Translations under genes and position numbers: made by a program
Notes under the pieces: generated by a model
The model's input: only the letters and a program-made list of their open reading frames with translations
Database searches by the model: none
What the model was told of the DNA's origin: nothing
Part shown: piece by piece, positions 40,322-50,096 of the stretch
How the letters are laid out: every line of letters begins with the position of its first letter
Numbering within the stretch: position 1 is the first letter of the stretch
Source: Gammaproteobacteria bacterium
Lineage (GTDB): Bacteria; Pseudomonadota; Gammaproteobacteria; SZUA-229
Direction of reading: 5' to 3'
NCBI GenBank assembly: GCA_024277705.1
Contig: JAJRUQ010000013.1
Coordinates: forward strand, 1 to 55,894
Length of the DNA: 55,894 nucleotides

Positions 40322-40909
40322 ATGAAAAAACATTCTGGATTTACCCTGGTTGAATTGATGATCACCATTGCTATTGTGGCAATTTTGCTCACTGTAGCCG
40401 TACCCTCGATCAAGACCTTTAGGCAGTCGAATAGTCTGATTGCTGCCAGTAATGATCTGATTTCGGCATTTAATATCGCTCGCAGTGAAGCGATTAAGTT
40501 AAATCAACGTGTGACTATCTGTTCAAGCAGTGATGGTACATCATGTTCGGATTCTGCTGAATGGAAAGATGGCTGGATTGTTTTTGTTGATGCAGATGGC
40601 AATTTTGAAGGAACCGAACTGGTCTGTGACGCTGTTGGTACCGATTGTTTATTGCGTATACATGAGGCAATTGGTGGTGGCCTTACCATAGTCGGGGTGG
40701 ATGAAAATGATAATGATATTGTAAAAATGACTTTTACCTCACGGGGTATGCCGAAAGATATCAGCGGTATTTCACAGTCAGCAATTTTCAATATATGCAG
40801 CCTGGATGACGATGGTGCTACCGTCGAATCACGGGCTGTGGTTTTAGGTTTATCAGGTCGTGTTCGAGTTTCAGATAACACAGCGGTGATTACACAATGT
40901 CCATCATGA
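40322..40909 (+). CDS. fimT: FimT/FimU-like minor pilin
   Basis: Prepilin site G|FTLVELM; ARSEA...VTIC. Confidence 0.85.
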   Translation: MKKHSGFTLVELMITIAIVAILLTVAVPSIKTFRQSNSLIAASNDLISAFNIARSEAIKLNQRVTICSSSDGTSCSDSAEWKDGWIVFVDADGNFEGTELVCDAVGTDCLLRIHEAIGGGLTIVGVDENDNDIVKMTFTSRGMPKDISGISQSAIFNICSLDDDGATVESRAVVLGLSGRVRVSDNTAVITQCPS

Positions 40910-41439
40910 AGTTAGCCAGAGTCATAAGCCCGGGTTTAAGCAGTGGTTGCTACCGGCCGTTAAGCCGGTCAGGCGGTTTTACGCTGATTGAAGCACTGCT
41001 TGGTTTTTTAATATTATCGATAGGCATGTTAGGCATTGCTTCATTGCAGGCGGTCTCGTTAAAGGCCGGTAAAACGTCGGTCTATGGCTCGGTTGCTGCG
41101 CTGAAAGTTGAAGAGTTGTTTGAAAACATTCGCGCTAATCCGGATGCAATCTCATCGTATACCGGTGATGGCGTCAGTAACAATTGTTATTCATCGAACT
41201 GTAATTCGGTGGAGTTGGCTGAAAATGATGTTTATTTATGGAAACAGGGACTGACAGCGGGTCTGCCTGCAACGGCTGATACAACAACAGAGGTGACCGT
41301 GATAGATCCGGCAGTGCCTTCGAAAATGGCAACCGTTACCATAACGGTAAGCTGGGAAGAACGAAGTAAAGACAGTGAAACAGGTGTGAGTAAAAGTTTT
41401 TCTTCAACATCGAATATTTGTACCGCAAATCCATGTTGA
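40906..41439 (+). CDS. pilV: Type IV minor pilin PilV
   Basis: G|FTLIEAL...GMLGIASLQ, IRANP; ATGA overlap with fimT. Confidence 0.88.
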   Translation: MKLARVISPGLSSGCYRPLSRSGGFTLIEALLGFLILSIGMLGIASLQAVSLKAGKTSVYGSVAALKVEELFENIRANPDAISSYTGDGVSNNCYSSNCNSVELAENDVYLWKQGLTAGLPATADTTTEVTVIDPAVPSKMATVTITVSWEERSKDSETGVSKSFSSTSNICTANPC

Positions 41440-41493
41440 GTCTTGCTATGAAAAATAAATTCAGTGTGTGTGAAAAATATAACAGGCAGAGTG

Positions 41494-42492
41494 ATGATTT
41501 ATAAAAAACAGATATCAGGTTTTTCGCTGGTTGAATTACTGGTTGCAATGGTGGTGGGAACGATAATCGTTACTGGAGCCTTTTCGTTATATTCTGGAAC
41601 CAGGAAAACGCAGCGATCCAGCGAAGCACAAATGGATATGGTAGCTGATGCACGATTTGCTATTGAAATGATTTCTTATGATTTACGCCACGCCGGTATG
41701 TGGGGTGGCACCAATAAAGACGGCCTGATTGAATGCCGCTCAGCTGACACCGACTGTGCAGTGAGGAATGATGAAACCATACCGACTACGGCGACAAATG
41801 ATTGTGAAGACAAGTGGTTTATAAAATTAGCACGCCCGATTTTTGGCATCGACGATGCTGATGGTAATCCTTATTCTGCTACCTGTATTCCGGAGAGTGA
41901 GGGTTATGTAGAGGGTACTGATATCATTGAAATCCGTTATGCGGATGCGAACTTGCCCGCCGCTTTAACGTCCGGGCAGACCTATGTTCGCAGCAACTTT
42001 ATCAATGGCAGGATATTTATCGGTGAAACAGTGCCAAAGTTAAGGTCAAATGATAGTGGGGCTGGCGACCCAACTACCAATAACCATAGATTAAAAGCTT
42101 ATGCCTATTATGTGAGCGACCATACCGATTCCGCGGGGGATGGTATTCCATCACTGCGGCGCGTGGCGCTGGTCTCTGGTCCCACTGTGCAAAATCAAAC
42201 CGTCATTTCAGGTGTTGCTGACCTGCAGGTACAGTATGGCGTGGATTCAGATGGTGATCTTATTATTGACCGTTATGTCAATGCCGACGATCTCGATGAA
42301 ACAGATTGGGTCAACGTTTATTCCGCAAAAATCTGGTTGCTGATGCGTAGTGACAAGGCGCAGACAGGAATCGATACTACTAAATCTTTTAGATTGGCCG
42401 GCAAAGATGCAGTAGATTATGGCGGGGATGGCGGTTACCGTTATTTTTTAGTCAGCAGTGTGGTTAATTTACGAAATATCAGGCAATTGTAG
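41494..42492 (+). CDS. pilW: Type IV minor pilin PilW
   Basis: G|FSLVELLVAM, DLRHAG, LQVQYGVD, VNLRN. Confidence 0.88.
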   Translation: MIYKKQISGFSLVELLVAMVVGTIIVTGAFSLYSGTRKTQRSSEAQMDMVADARFAIEMISYDLRHAGMWGGTNKDGLIECRSADTDCAVRNDETIPTTATNDCEDKWFIKLARPIFGIDDADGNPYSATCIPESEGYVEGTDIIEIRYADANLPAALTSGQTYVRSNFINGRIFIGETVPKLRSNDSGAGDPTTNNHRLKAYAYYVSDHTDSAGDGIPSLRRVALVSGPTVQNQTVISGVADLQVQYGVDSDGDLIIDRYVNADDLDETDWVNVYSAKIWLLMRSDKAQTGIDTTKSFRLAGKDAVDYGGDGGYRYFLVSSVVNLRNIRQL

Positions 42493-42556
42493 CGTAGCCG
42501 GTAATGGTAACGAGCGGTAACGGCTGACCGATAACGATATATTTTGAGGAAGTAAT

Positions 42557-43087
42557 ATGATGAATAACAATCAATTCAAGGCCGTGATCCGTAAGCGGGC
42601 ATTTGCCCCCGGGAGTGGCAGGACCTGCCGGCAGCAGGGTTTTGTACTGATACTGGCACTGGTCATGTTAAGTGTATTGACATTAATTGGTGTGTCATCA
42701 ATGAACAGTGCAAACATAGAATTAAAATCAACCGCCAATGCGCAGCAACACCAGATTGCATTTAATGCTGATCAGGCATTGCTTGAGTACAGTGTTTCCA
42801 AGCCGGTGGTTAATGCCAAAGGTATCAATTATAAAAACAATAATCCTGATGCTGATGACCAGGTGTTTGAGCCCGATGCTGAAACATTGAATTTGAGCGA
42901 AATTCAGTCATTGAAAGCTACCGTAAAACTTTCCGGTTGTGCCGTTGCGATTGGCAACAGTCTGGAAAATGGCAAAGGTTTTAGTTTTAGTTATTTTACT
43001 ATTAATGGTGTTGCGACAAATAAAACCGGTACGGCATCATCCATCCAGGCTCAGGCAGTGCGTTATCCTGCTGCCGGCTGCACATAA
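42557..43087 (+). CDS. pilX: Type IV minor pilin PilX
   Basis: QQG|FVLILALVML..LTLIGVSSM (no Glu5, as typical of PilX). Confidence 0.85.
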   Translation: MMNNNQFKAVIRKRAFAPGSGRTCRQQGFVLILALVMLSVLTLIGVSSMNSANIELKSTANAQQHQIAFNADQALLEYSVSKPVVNAKGINYKNNNPDADDQVFEPDAETLNLSEIQSLKATVKLSGCAVAIGNSLENGKGFSFSYFTINGVATNKTGTASSIQAQAVRYPAAGCT

Positions 43088-43103
43088 TATAGAAGGTATC
43101 ATT

Positions 43104-43496
43104 ATGAAACGTAATAATTTAATTAATGGAGTGGTCATGTTTTTTAGCAATAAAATGTTTGTGTTAATCATTGCTGCGCTTATCTCAGGTTTATCTTTTA
43201 ATGCGAGCGCGGCAAAAAAAACCAGTATTTATGATACTTATGTGGAAACCGATATCATTGAAGAGGTTACCTCGCTGCGCATTTCACTGGATGAAACAAC
43301 ATTAAAAGGCTTTGTCATTGTACCGATATGTAATTACGAGTGTGTTGATACCCGGTTAAGCATTACTCCGCAAACACGAGCCTATTATAAAGCCAGGCAG
43401 GTACCGTTAAAACGGGCTAAAAGCCGCCTGGGTCGTGAAGCGGAAATTATATATGAAGTAAAAAGTAAAAAAGTGGTGCGGATTACCTGGTGGTAA
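43104..43496 (+). CDS. Small exported protein in the pilin operon (PilY2-like position/size)
   Basis: Signal peptide ending in ASA, CxxxC. Start re-assigned to 43104 (or 43137) to avoid overlapping pilX. Confidence 0.7.
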   Translation: MKRNNLINGVVMFFSNKMFVLIIAALISGLSFNASAAKKTSIYDTYVETDIIEEVTSLRISLDETTLKGFVIVPICNYECVDTRLSITPQTRAYYKARQVPLKRAKSRLGREAEIIYEVKSKKVVRITWW

Positions 43497-43616
43497 GTGG
43501 CTACGGATATTTTGGACAGAAAAAAAGCACTTTAAAGTAAGTATTGCAAATTTATGTTTACCCATGGTTAAAGCAGTCTCGTTGTAAACATAATAAGACA
43601 AGTTGAGGAATAGATA

Positions 43617-46600
43617 ATGAATAAGCTGATCAAGCAAACAAAAATATTAGTAGTCAGCGCCTGTTATGGCGTAATGGTATCTTTTCCGGCGCTCGCGGAA
43701 GATACTGAAATTTACGTTAACTCCGGGAATACGGCCTCCAATGCCCAGTCAAACGTACTGTTTATACTGGATACTTCCAACAGTATGAAAAATGACGTTC
43801 TAACTCTGGAGACGTATGACCCAGGCATCGACTATTCGGCATTAACCAGCCCCAGGGGTACTCCTCCCTGTTTTAATAATGACTATGTCTATCGTGTGGA
43901 TAGCAATGCGGCAAAAAAAGCCATTGATTTTTGTAACCCTGCAACCACCAATGGAGATCTGGAATGGGTTGATATGGATGGGAAAAAGCAAAAAATTGTT
44001 AAAGGCATTATAAAAATAAGCAAGTTTTATTGTGCGAGTGCAACGATGATTGTAGATGGTGTCGAGTCGCCTGATTCGAAAGGTCAATACACCGGCAGAA
44101 TTAAAAAATACCGTAAAAATGATGATGGTAGTGGTAAAAAGAAATGGCGTGGCATTAATACGGTCAGCGTGGATGCTGTCGCAGATTGTGGTGCAGATCA
44201 GGGTATTCACGGACAGGTGACGGGTGGCCCGGTGTATGCAACAAACAGTAAAAATGCGAATTCGGCATGGACGGATAATGCAGATAACGCTTTTGACTGG
44301 TCGACTACGTCGGTGAAAAATTATTACACCGGCAACTATCTTAACTATCTGCAGGCAGGGCCTGGTGTGATAAGGGCGCGTATCGAAGTTATTTCTGAGG
44401 CAATGATTAATTTTGTTGACACCACGCCAGGCATAAATCTGGGGTTCATGCCGTTTTCTCAAAGAAAAGTGCATACACCTAACGGTGATAAAGAAGGTGC
44501 TGCAGGTGGTATGATCGAAGTTGATATTGATAATATTGTGCAGACCAGGACTGCAATCAAAGATCGTCTGGCATTTTATGCGATAAGAGATGCTAGTAAC
44601 AGTACCGGTTTTGCCAACCTGGTGTTGGGTACACCGCTGTCTCAGGCTTATTTTGAGGCAATGAATTATTTCCAGGGTGAGCATGTCACTTATGGTTTGA
44701 ACTCACTGCCTGCGCCCAGTATATCTACATCGCTTGATGGTGGTTCTACCGAAGTACCCTTACCTCATGACACCGAGTATGAGTCGCCGATCGCGAGTGA
44801 GTGTCAGAAAAACTATGTCATCGTCTTAACCGATGGTGCACCGTTTAGAGATCCATTAACAGATGACCAGTTACATGAAATGGATGTTGTGGATACCAGT
44901 TGTGCGATGGAGTGTGCTGAAGGCTCTTGTACTAATAACTGTCTGGACCATCTGTCACTTGCCGCAGCCACAATTGATCAGAGTCCGCTGCCTGGTAAGC
45001 AGGTCATTTCGACGTTTACCATTGCTTTTGGTGAGGGTATCGCCATTCTGGACAGGACTTCACAGGCCAGTAATGACGCTACGGGGACGGGACAAAGTTT
45101 TGTGGTTAAGGATGCGAGTGAGCTGGCTGCCAGTTTGAAAGCCATTGTAGCGAAAGTGCTTGAAACTGAAAGTACCTTTAGTTCTCCCGCGGTTTCGGTC
45201 AACGCTTTCAACCGTGCGGTCCATCTTGAAGATCTGTATTTTTCTCTGTTCCGCCCGGGTAATGGCCCACACTGGGACGGTAATCTGAAAAAATACAAAC
45301 TTAAGACAAAACTGGATCCAGATACCAAAAAACTGGTTCCTTTTATTCAGGATGCTAATTTAAATGCAGCCATTGATCCATCTACCGGTTTCTTCCGTGA
45401 CGGAGCACGCAGTTACTGGACACCCAGTGGTGAAGATGATGGTAAAAATGTAACGTTGGGTGGTATGGCTGGAGAGTTGACGGCAGAACGAAACGTATAC
45501 ACTTTCACAGGTAGTTATACCTCGGCAGCAGGTGTGTTCACACCGGATAATTCCACTATCAGGCTTAGTGCTAATGAGGTGAAACGGTCCAATGTGGCAA
45601 ATGTAACCGGTGCTTTACTGGGCATCGATGATGCTGAGAATATTACTATAACCTATGGCGATAACCCATCTACTACTTATACCGACACCTTGCATAATGT
45701 TCTGCTGGACTGGGCGGGGGGTATTGACGTTACCGATAATAATAACGACAATGAAATTGACGATGCCCGCCAGCAAATGGGTGATCCATTACATGCACAG
45801 CCAGCGATTGTGCAATACGGGGGTACGGTGGAGGAGCCTGATCTGATGGCGTATGTGGCCACTAATGATGGTTATTTGCACGCAGTTAATACCAGTAACG
45901 GTGCAGAGTTATGGTCTTTTATTCCCCAGGAATTATTACCTAATCTGGATGTTATCTTTAAAAACACTTCAGGTATTCCTAAAAACTACGGCCTGGACGG
46001 TGATGTTGCATCCTGGGTTAATGACGAAAATGGTGACGGCATCATTAATAACGATGACAGCGTAACCATCTATGTCGGCATGCGTCGTGGTGGTGACAAA
46101 ATCTATGCACTTGATGTAACTGATCGTAGTGATCCGAAGCTGTTATGGATGATTGATGGTGGTATTTCAAATACACCTTATGAACAGTTGGGCCAGACCT
46201 GGTCATCAATTAATGTTGAGTATATTCTGGATAATGGTGACTCACGACCTGTACTGATATTTGGTGGTGGTTATGATGAAGATCAGGACACAGCCAGGGT
46301 TGCACGTGATCCTGATGGTGGTGATATTGGTGCCATGATTTTCATTGTTGATGCGGTTACCGGTGAGCGACTATGGTCGGTTTCCGGTGTCGCTGGCAGC
46401 CATGCAAGTGAAAACCTTGCTGAAATGAAATACAGTATTGCTGCGCGTATCAAGCCGCTGGATATTAATGGTGATGGTAATATTGATCGCTTGTATGCGG
46501 CAGATTTAGGTGGCCAGTTATTCCGCTTTGATATTGATGAAAGCATAACGGCTGAAGCAAGTTTTGGTGTTGATGCTATTGATGGTGGACGTATCGCTGA

Positions 46601-47507
46601 CCTTGCCAGGGCAAACTCCGGTGAAACAGTGACGGCAGCAAGTTCGCGCCGTTTTTATTACCCACCGGATGTGGCAATCGTCGCACCTCGTGGAAAAAAT
46701 CCGTATTTAGCTGTTGCTATAGCGTCAGGTTACCGTGCACATCCTATTGATGCCACGATTGAAGATCGTATCTATTTAATAAAAGACAGGGATATTTTTG
46801 ATAAACCGGACAGTTATGTAACCTTGTATGAAGACGATCTCTATGACGCGACCAGTAATGCGGTAGCATCAGGTAATGATGTGACAGCAAACACAGCAAG
46901 GGACAGTCTTAGCAGCGCGGACGGCTGGTATATAAGCCTGGATGATCAGACTGATTCAGCTTCATTTACCGGTGAGAAAGGGTTATCAGAATCATTAATC
47001 GTTGAAAACACGCTGATCGTTTCAACCTTCCTACCGGCAGCTAATGATGGTAATGGTGGTGACGACGAAGATGAAGATCATGGCGATGATGGCGATGATC
47101 ATGGTAATGACGGAAACGATGACGGAAACGATGACGGAAACGATGACGGAAACGATGACGGAAACGATGACGGAAACGATGACGGAAACGACGGCGATGA
47201 TGATGGCGATGGTGTCGATGATGATGGTGACGGTGACACGGATGATGATGACAATGCATGTTCACCAAGAGAAGGTAATGGTCGGGTTTATTACCTGGAC
47301 CTGGAAGATGGCAGTGCTGCCTATCCTTCAGACAATGATGAGCGTCAGGACCGGTTTGTTGACCTGGTAAGCTCAGGTATACCACCTTCACCAAACGTTA
47401 TTATCACTGATGACGGTGTGCCTACATCCTGTATCGGTACTGAGTGTAGTGCTTTAGGTGATAACATAGGCTTGCGTAAAACATTCTGGTATGAGGTTGA
47501 AAAATAA
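43617..47507 (+). CDS. pilY1: Type IV pilus tip adhesin PilY1 (vWA + beta-propeller)
   Basis: MIDAS DTSNS and LTDG; WDGNLKKY; NDGYLHA; Ca-binding loop DINGDGNID; GQTWS. Confidence 0.92.
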   Translation: MNKLIKQTKILVVSACYGVMVSFPALAEDTEIYVNSGNTASNAQSNVLFILDTSNSMKNDVLTLETYDPGIDYSALTSPRGTPPCFNNDYVYRVDSNAAKKAIDFCNPATTNGDLEWVDMDGKKQKIVKGIIKISKFYCASATMIVDGVESPDSKGQYTGRIKKYRKNDDGSGKKKWRGINTVSVDAVADCGADQGIHGQVTGGPVYATNSKNANSAWTDNADNAFDWSTTSVKNYYTGNYLNYLQAGPGVIRARIEVISEAMINFVDTTPGINLGFMPFSQRKVHTPNGDKEGAAGGMIEVDIDNIVQTRTAIKDRLAFYAIRDASNSTGFANLVLGTPLSQAYFEAMNYFQGEHVTYGLNSLPAPSISTSLDGGSTEVPLPHDTEYESPIASECQKNYVIVLTDGAPFRDPLTDDQLHEMDVVDTSCAMECAEGSCTNNCLDHLSLAAATIDQSPLPGKQVISTFTIAFGEGIAILDRTSQASNDATGTGQSFVVKDASELAASLKAIVAKVLETESTFSSPAVSVNAFNRAVHLEDLYFSLFRPGNGPHWDGNLKKYKLKTKLDPDTKKLVPFIQDANLNAAIDPSTGFFRDGARSYWTPSGEDDGKNVTLGGMAGELTAERNVYTFTGSYTSAAGVFTPDNSTIRLSANEVKRSNVANVTGALLGIDDAENITITYGDNPSTTYTDTLHNVLLDWAGGIDVTDNNNDNEIDDARQQMGDPLHAQPAIVQYGGTVEEPDLMAYVATNDGYLHAVNTSNGAELWSFIPQELLPNLDVIFKNTSGIPKNYGLDGDVASWVNDENGDGIINNDDSVTIYVGMRRGGDKIYALDVTDRSDPKLLWMIDGGISNTPYEQLGQTWSSINVEYILDNGDSRPVLIFGGGYDEDQDTARVARDPDGGDIGAMIFIVDAVTGERLWSVSGVAGSHASENLAEMKYSIAARIKPLDINGDGNIDRLYAADLGGQLFRFDIDESITAEASFGVDAIDGGRIADLARANSGETVTAASSRRFYYPPDVAIVAPRGKNPYLAVAIASGYRAHPIDATIEDRIYLIKDRDIFDKPDSYVTLYEDDLYDATSNAVASGNDVTANTARDSLSSADGWYISLDDQTDSASFTGEKGLSESLIVENTLIVSTFLPAANDGNGGDDEDEDHGDDGDDHGNDGNDDGNDDGNDDGNDDGNDDGNDDGNDGDDDGDGVDDDGDGDTDDDDNACSPREGNGRVYYLDLEDGSAAYPSDNDERQDRFVDLVSSGIPPSPNVIITDDGVPTSCIGTECSALGDNIGLRKTFWYEVEK
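47107..47190. repeat. Perfect 12-bp tandem repeat x7 encoding (DGND)n
   Basis: ATGACGGAAACG repeated 7 times within pilY1. Confidence 0.95.
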
Positions 47508-47908
47508 TGAATAAACGTGTTAAGGGTTTTACACTGGTTGAGCTGATGATTGTCATCGCTATCATTGGTATTCTCGCCAGTGTGGGTTACCCGGCATATA
47601 TAAATTCGTTGAAAAGAGCACAACGAGCTGATGCGATGGATTCTTTATTATCATTAGCTGGGCGCATGGAAGAATATTATATGGTCAATGGTACCTATGT
47701 TGGCGCAACGGTAGCGAATGATGGTAGTGGAACGGTGGGCTCAAGTATCTCCTCTGAAAATATATATCTGTTATCGATATCAGGGGCCACCGCGTTTAAA
47801 TACAAATTAATCGCTACGCCCGAGGAGACGGATGCAGAATGTTCAACGTTAACACTGGATTCATTAGGTACAAAAGGTTCTACGGGTACATCAGGCAATT
47901 GCTGGTAG
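47507..47908 (+). CDS. pilE: Type IV minor pilin PilE
   Basis: G|FTLVELM, YPAY, RADA, C-terminal C..LTLD..G...CW. Confidence 0.9.
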   Translation: MNKRVKGFTLVELMIVIAIIGILASVGYPAYINSLKRAQRADAMDSLLSLAGRMEEYYMVNGTYVGATVANDGSGTVGSSISSENIYLLSISGATAFKYKLIATPEETDAECSTLTLDSLGTKGSTGTSGNCW

Positions 47909-47923
47909 ATTATTAACGCTGTG

Positions 47924-48865
47924 CTAATGACTGGCACGTAATGCTTTAGGCAACTGAAAATGAATATTTTCAGTTGCTTTTTTATTGGTGATCAGTGTCG
48001 TCTCAAACAGTTTTTCCAGGGTGGAAATTACTTCCTGTACCAGCACTTCAGGGGCTGAAGCTCCTGCAGTTACACCGATAGAGTCCGCGCCGTCAAACCA
48101 GTGATAATCTATGTCATCCACACCGTCAATCAGGTAGGCATCTACCTGCTGGTTTTTTGCCAGTTCACGCAAACGATTTGAGTTGGAGCTGTTCGCAGAA
48201 CCGATAACCAGAAAAACATCGACGTTTGCTGCAATTTCCCTGACGGCATCCTGCCGGTTCTGTGTGGCGTAGCAAATATCATCTTTACGCGGACCGCTTA
48301 TTTCAGGGAATTTATTGCGTAAGGCGTCAATAATCTTTTTTGTGTCATCAACCGACAGGGTGGTTTGAGTGACGTAGGCCAGAGCATTCGGGTTTTGCAC
48401 AACCAGTTTATTAACATCATCAATGGTTTCGACAAGATAGATCTTGCTGTCGGGATTGTTTTTATACTGGCCAAGTGTGCCCTCAACCTCCGGGTGGCCG
48501 GTATGGCCAATCAGAATGACGTCTTCGGTATTTTTTTCATGGCGGGCAACTTCAAGATGTACCTTGGTTACCAGCGGGCAGGTGGCATCAAAAACGCGTA
48601 AGTCACGCTGCTCTGCCTGTTGTCTTACCTGCTGAGAGACACCGTGAGCGCTGAATATGACAGTGGCGCCGTCCGGGATCTCGTCCAGTTCATCGACAAA
48701 AACGGCACCTTTTTTTTTCAGGTTGCTGACCACATAACGGTTGTGTACCACTTCGTGGCGAACATATATAGGCGCTGAAAATATTTCCAGTGCACGCTCG
48801 ACAATGTCGATGGCACGATCAACACCGGCGCAAAAACCTCTGGGATTGGCAAGATAAATTTTCAA
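47924..48865 (-). CDS. ispH: 4-hydroxy-3-methylbut-2-enyl diphosphate reductase
   Basis: [35 protein letters not shown]. Confidence 0.98.
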   Translation of the reverse strand: MKIYLANPRGFCAGVDRAIDIVERALEIFSAPIYVRHEVVHNRYVVSNLKKKGAVFVDELDEIPDGATVIFSAHGVSQQVRQQAEQRDLRVFDATCPLVTKVHLEVARHEKNTEDVILIGHTGHPEVEGTLGQYKNNPDSKIYLVETIDDVNKLVVQNPNALAYVTQTTLSVDDTKKIIDALRNKFPEISGPRKDDICYATQNRQDAVREIAANVDVFLVIGSANSSNSNRLRELAKNQQVDAYLIDGVDDIDYHWFDGADSIGVTAGASAPEVLVQEVISTLEKLFETTLITNKKATENIHFQLPKALRASH

Positions 48866-48928
48866 TGCTGCTGCTCGCTGTAGTGGACAGGTGTTGTCAT
48901 AGTTATTACCGGGTAGTTGTTAGCGTGA

Positions 48929-49381
48929 TTATTCAATTTCTGTATGTGCATTGTTGACACCGAGTATGCTGACCTTGAAAACAATTTCAAGTCCGGCCAG
49001 TGGATGATTAAAGTCAATATTAACACTGTCATCATTGACGCTGATAACCGTGCCGGGTATTTCCTCACCTTCTTCAGATTCAAAGGAATAGGATAAGCCG
49101 GTTTCCGGTGGCAGCTCTGCCGGGAAATCGGACAGTGGCATGTCATGAATATTATCTTCATCGCGCAGGCCGAATCCCTGTTCAGCAGTAAGCGTTAATG
49201 TTTGTTCGTCACCTTCTTTTAAACCAAAAATAGCCAGCTCCATGCCTTCGGTAATGTCACCTTTGGCCATGGTTATTTGAACCGGCTCATTATCATAACT
49301 GCTTTCGATAATAGTGCCATTGGTAAGGGCTATGCTGTAATGCATTAACACCAGGCTATGCATATTTATTTCATCGCTCAT
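48929..49381 (-). CDS. fkpB: FKBP-type peptidyl-prolyl isomerase (SlpA/FkpB)
   Basis: DFNHPLAG; lies between lspA and ispH. Confidence 0.9.
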   Translation of the reverse strand: MSDEINMHSLVLMHYSIALTNGTIIESSYDNEPVQITMAKGDITEGMELAIFGLKEGDEQTLTLTAEQGFGLRDEDNIHDMPLSDFPAELPPETGLSYSFESEEGEEIPGTVISVNDDSVNIDFNHPLAGLEIVFKVSILGVNNAHTEIE

Positions 49382-49468
49382 GATTGCAAGGCTTGTTTTA
49401 TCAGTGAGAAAGTAACAATCATGTTGTCTTTCCGGGGATGGATAAAGTCTGTGGCGGGGTAGTGGCTT

Positions 49469-49969
49469 TCACTTTTCATCGTGCATCGGGTTTTTATTGC
49501 GTTTACCCTCAAGCAGCATGTCCAGTATTAACAGGCCGGCGCCCAGGCTGATGGCTGAATCGGCAATATTAAATGCCGGAAAATAATAAGTACTGTAATA
49601 AACCTGTATAAAGTCCACCACGGCACCGGTATGGGCACGGTCAATCAGGTTGCCGATGGCACCACCAAGGATAAAAGCAATGGCGATCTGCAGCAGATGG
49701 TTATGTTTCTGCTGCTTGTCCTGAGTGATCTGTTTTAACCAGAAAAAAAGAAAAACACTGATAATGCTGGAAAGTGCGACAAAAAAGACACGTTGCCAGC
49801 CGCCGGCCTCACTTAAAAAACTGAAAGCGGCACCTTTGTTATACATCAGGGTAAAATTAAATCCCGGAAAAATAGCCAGTGGTTGATGCAGCAGTAATTC
49901 TGCTTCAGCAATTTTTTTTGTCAGTTGATCGAGTGCAACCGTTAATACGGAGAGCCATAACCATTTCAT
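49469..49969 (-). CDS. lspA: Lipoprotein signal peptidase II
   Basis: DQLTK, NKGAAFS, GNLIDR, VVDFI, FNIAD. Confidence 0.97.
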   Translation of the reverse strand: MKWLWLSVLTVALDQLTKKIAEAELLLHQPLAIFPGFNFTLMYNKGAAFSFLSEAGGWQRVFFVALSSIISVFLFFWLKQITQDKQQKHNHLLQIAIAFILGGAIGNLIDRAHTGAVVDFIQVYYSTYYFPAFNIADSAISLGAGLLILDMLLEGKRNKNPMHDEK

Positions 49970-50002
49970 AATTTAATTTACTGGTATTGTTATCTGAATA
50001 TC

Positions 50003-50073
50003 GGGGTCGGAGTCAATTTTATTACTGATGTTGAGTTAGTAATACTGTCCCGAAAAAAATTGACTCCGACCCC
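50003..50073. repeat. Family B palindrome, third copy (71 bp, different spacer)
   Basis: Perfect 18-bp inverted repeat GGGGTCGGAGTCAATTTT / AAAATTGACTCCGACCCC between ileS and lspA. Confidence 0.92.
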
Positions 50074-50096
50074 ATGTATGCTCGACCCCGTGCATG

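Noticed and set aside
47041-47394. (RHRF)n and (MTET)n ORFs
   Set aside because: Alternate-frame read-outs of the 12-bp repeat inside pilY1.
40322-47908. Minor-pilin cluster as a foreign island
   Set aside because: Its position between ispH and thiO matches the arrangement known from Pseudomonas, and there are no mobility genes.
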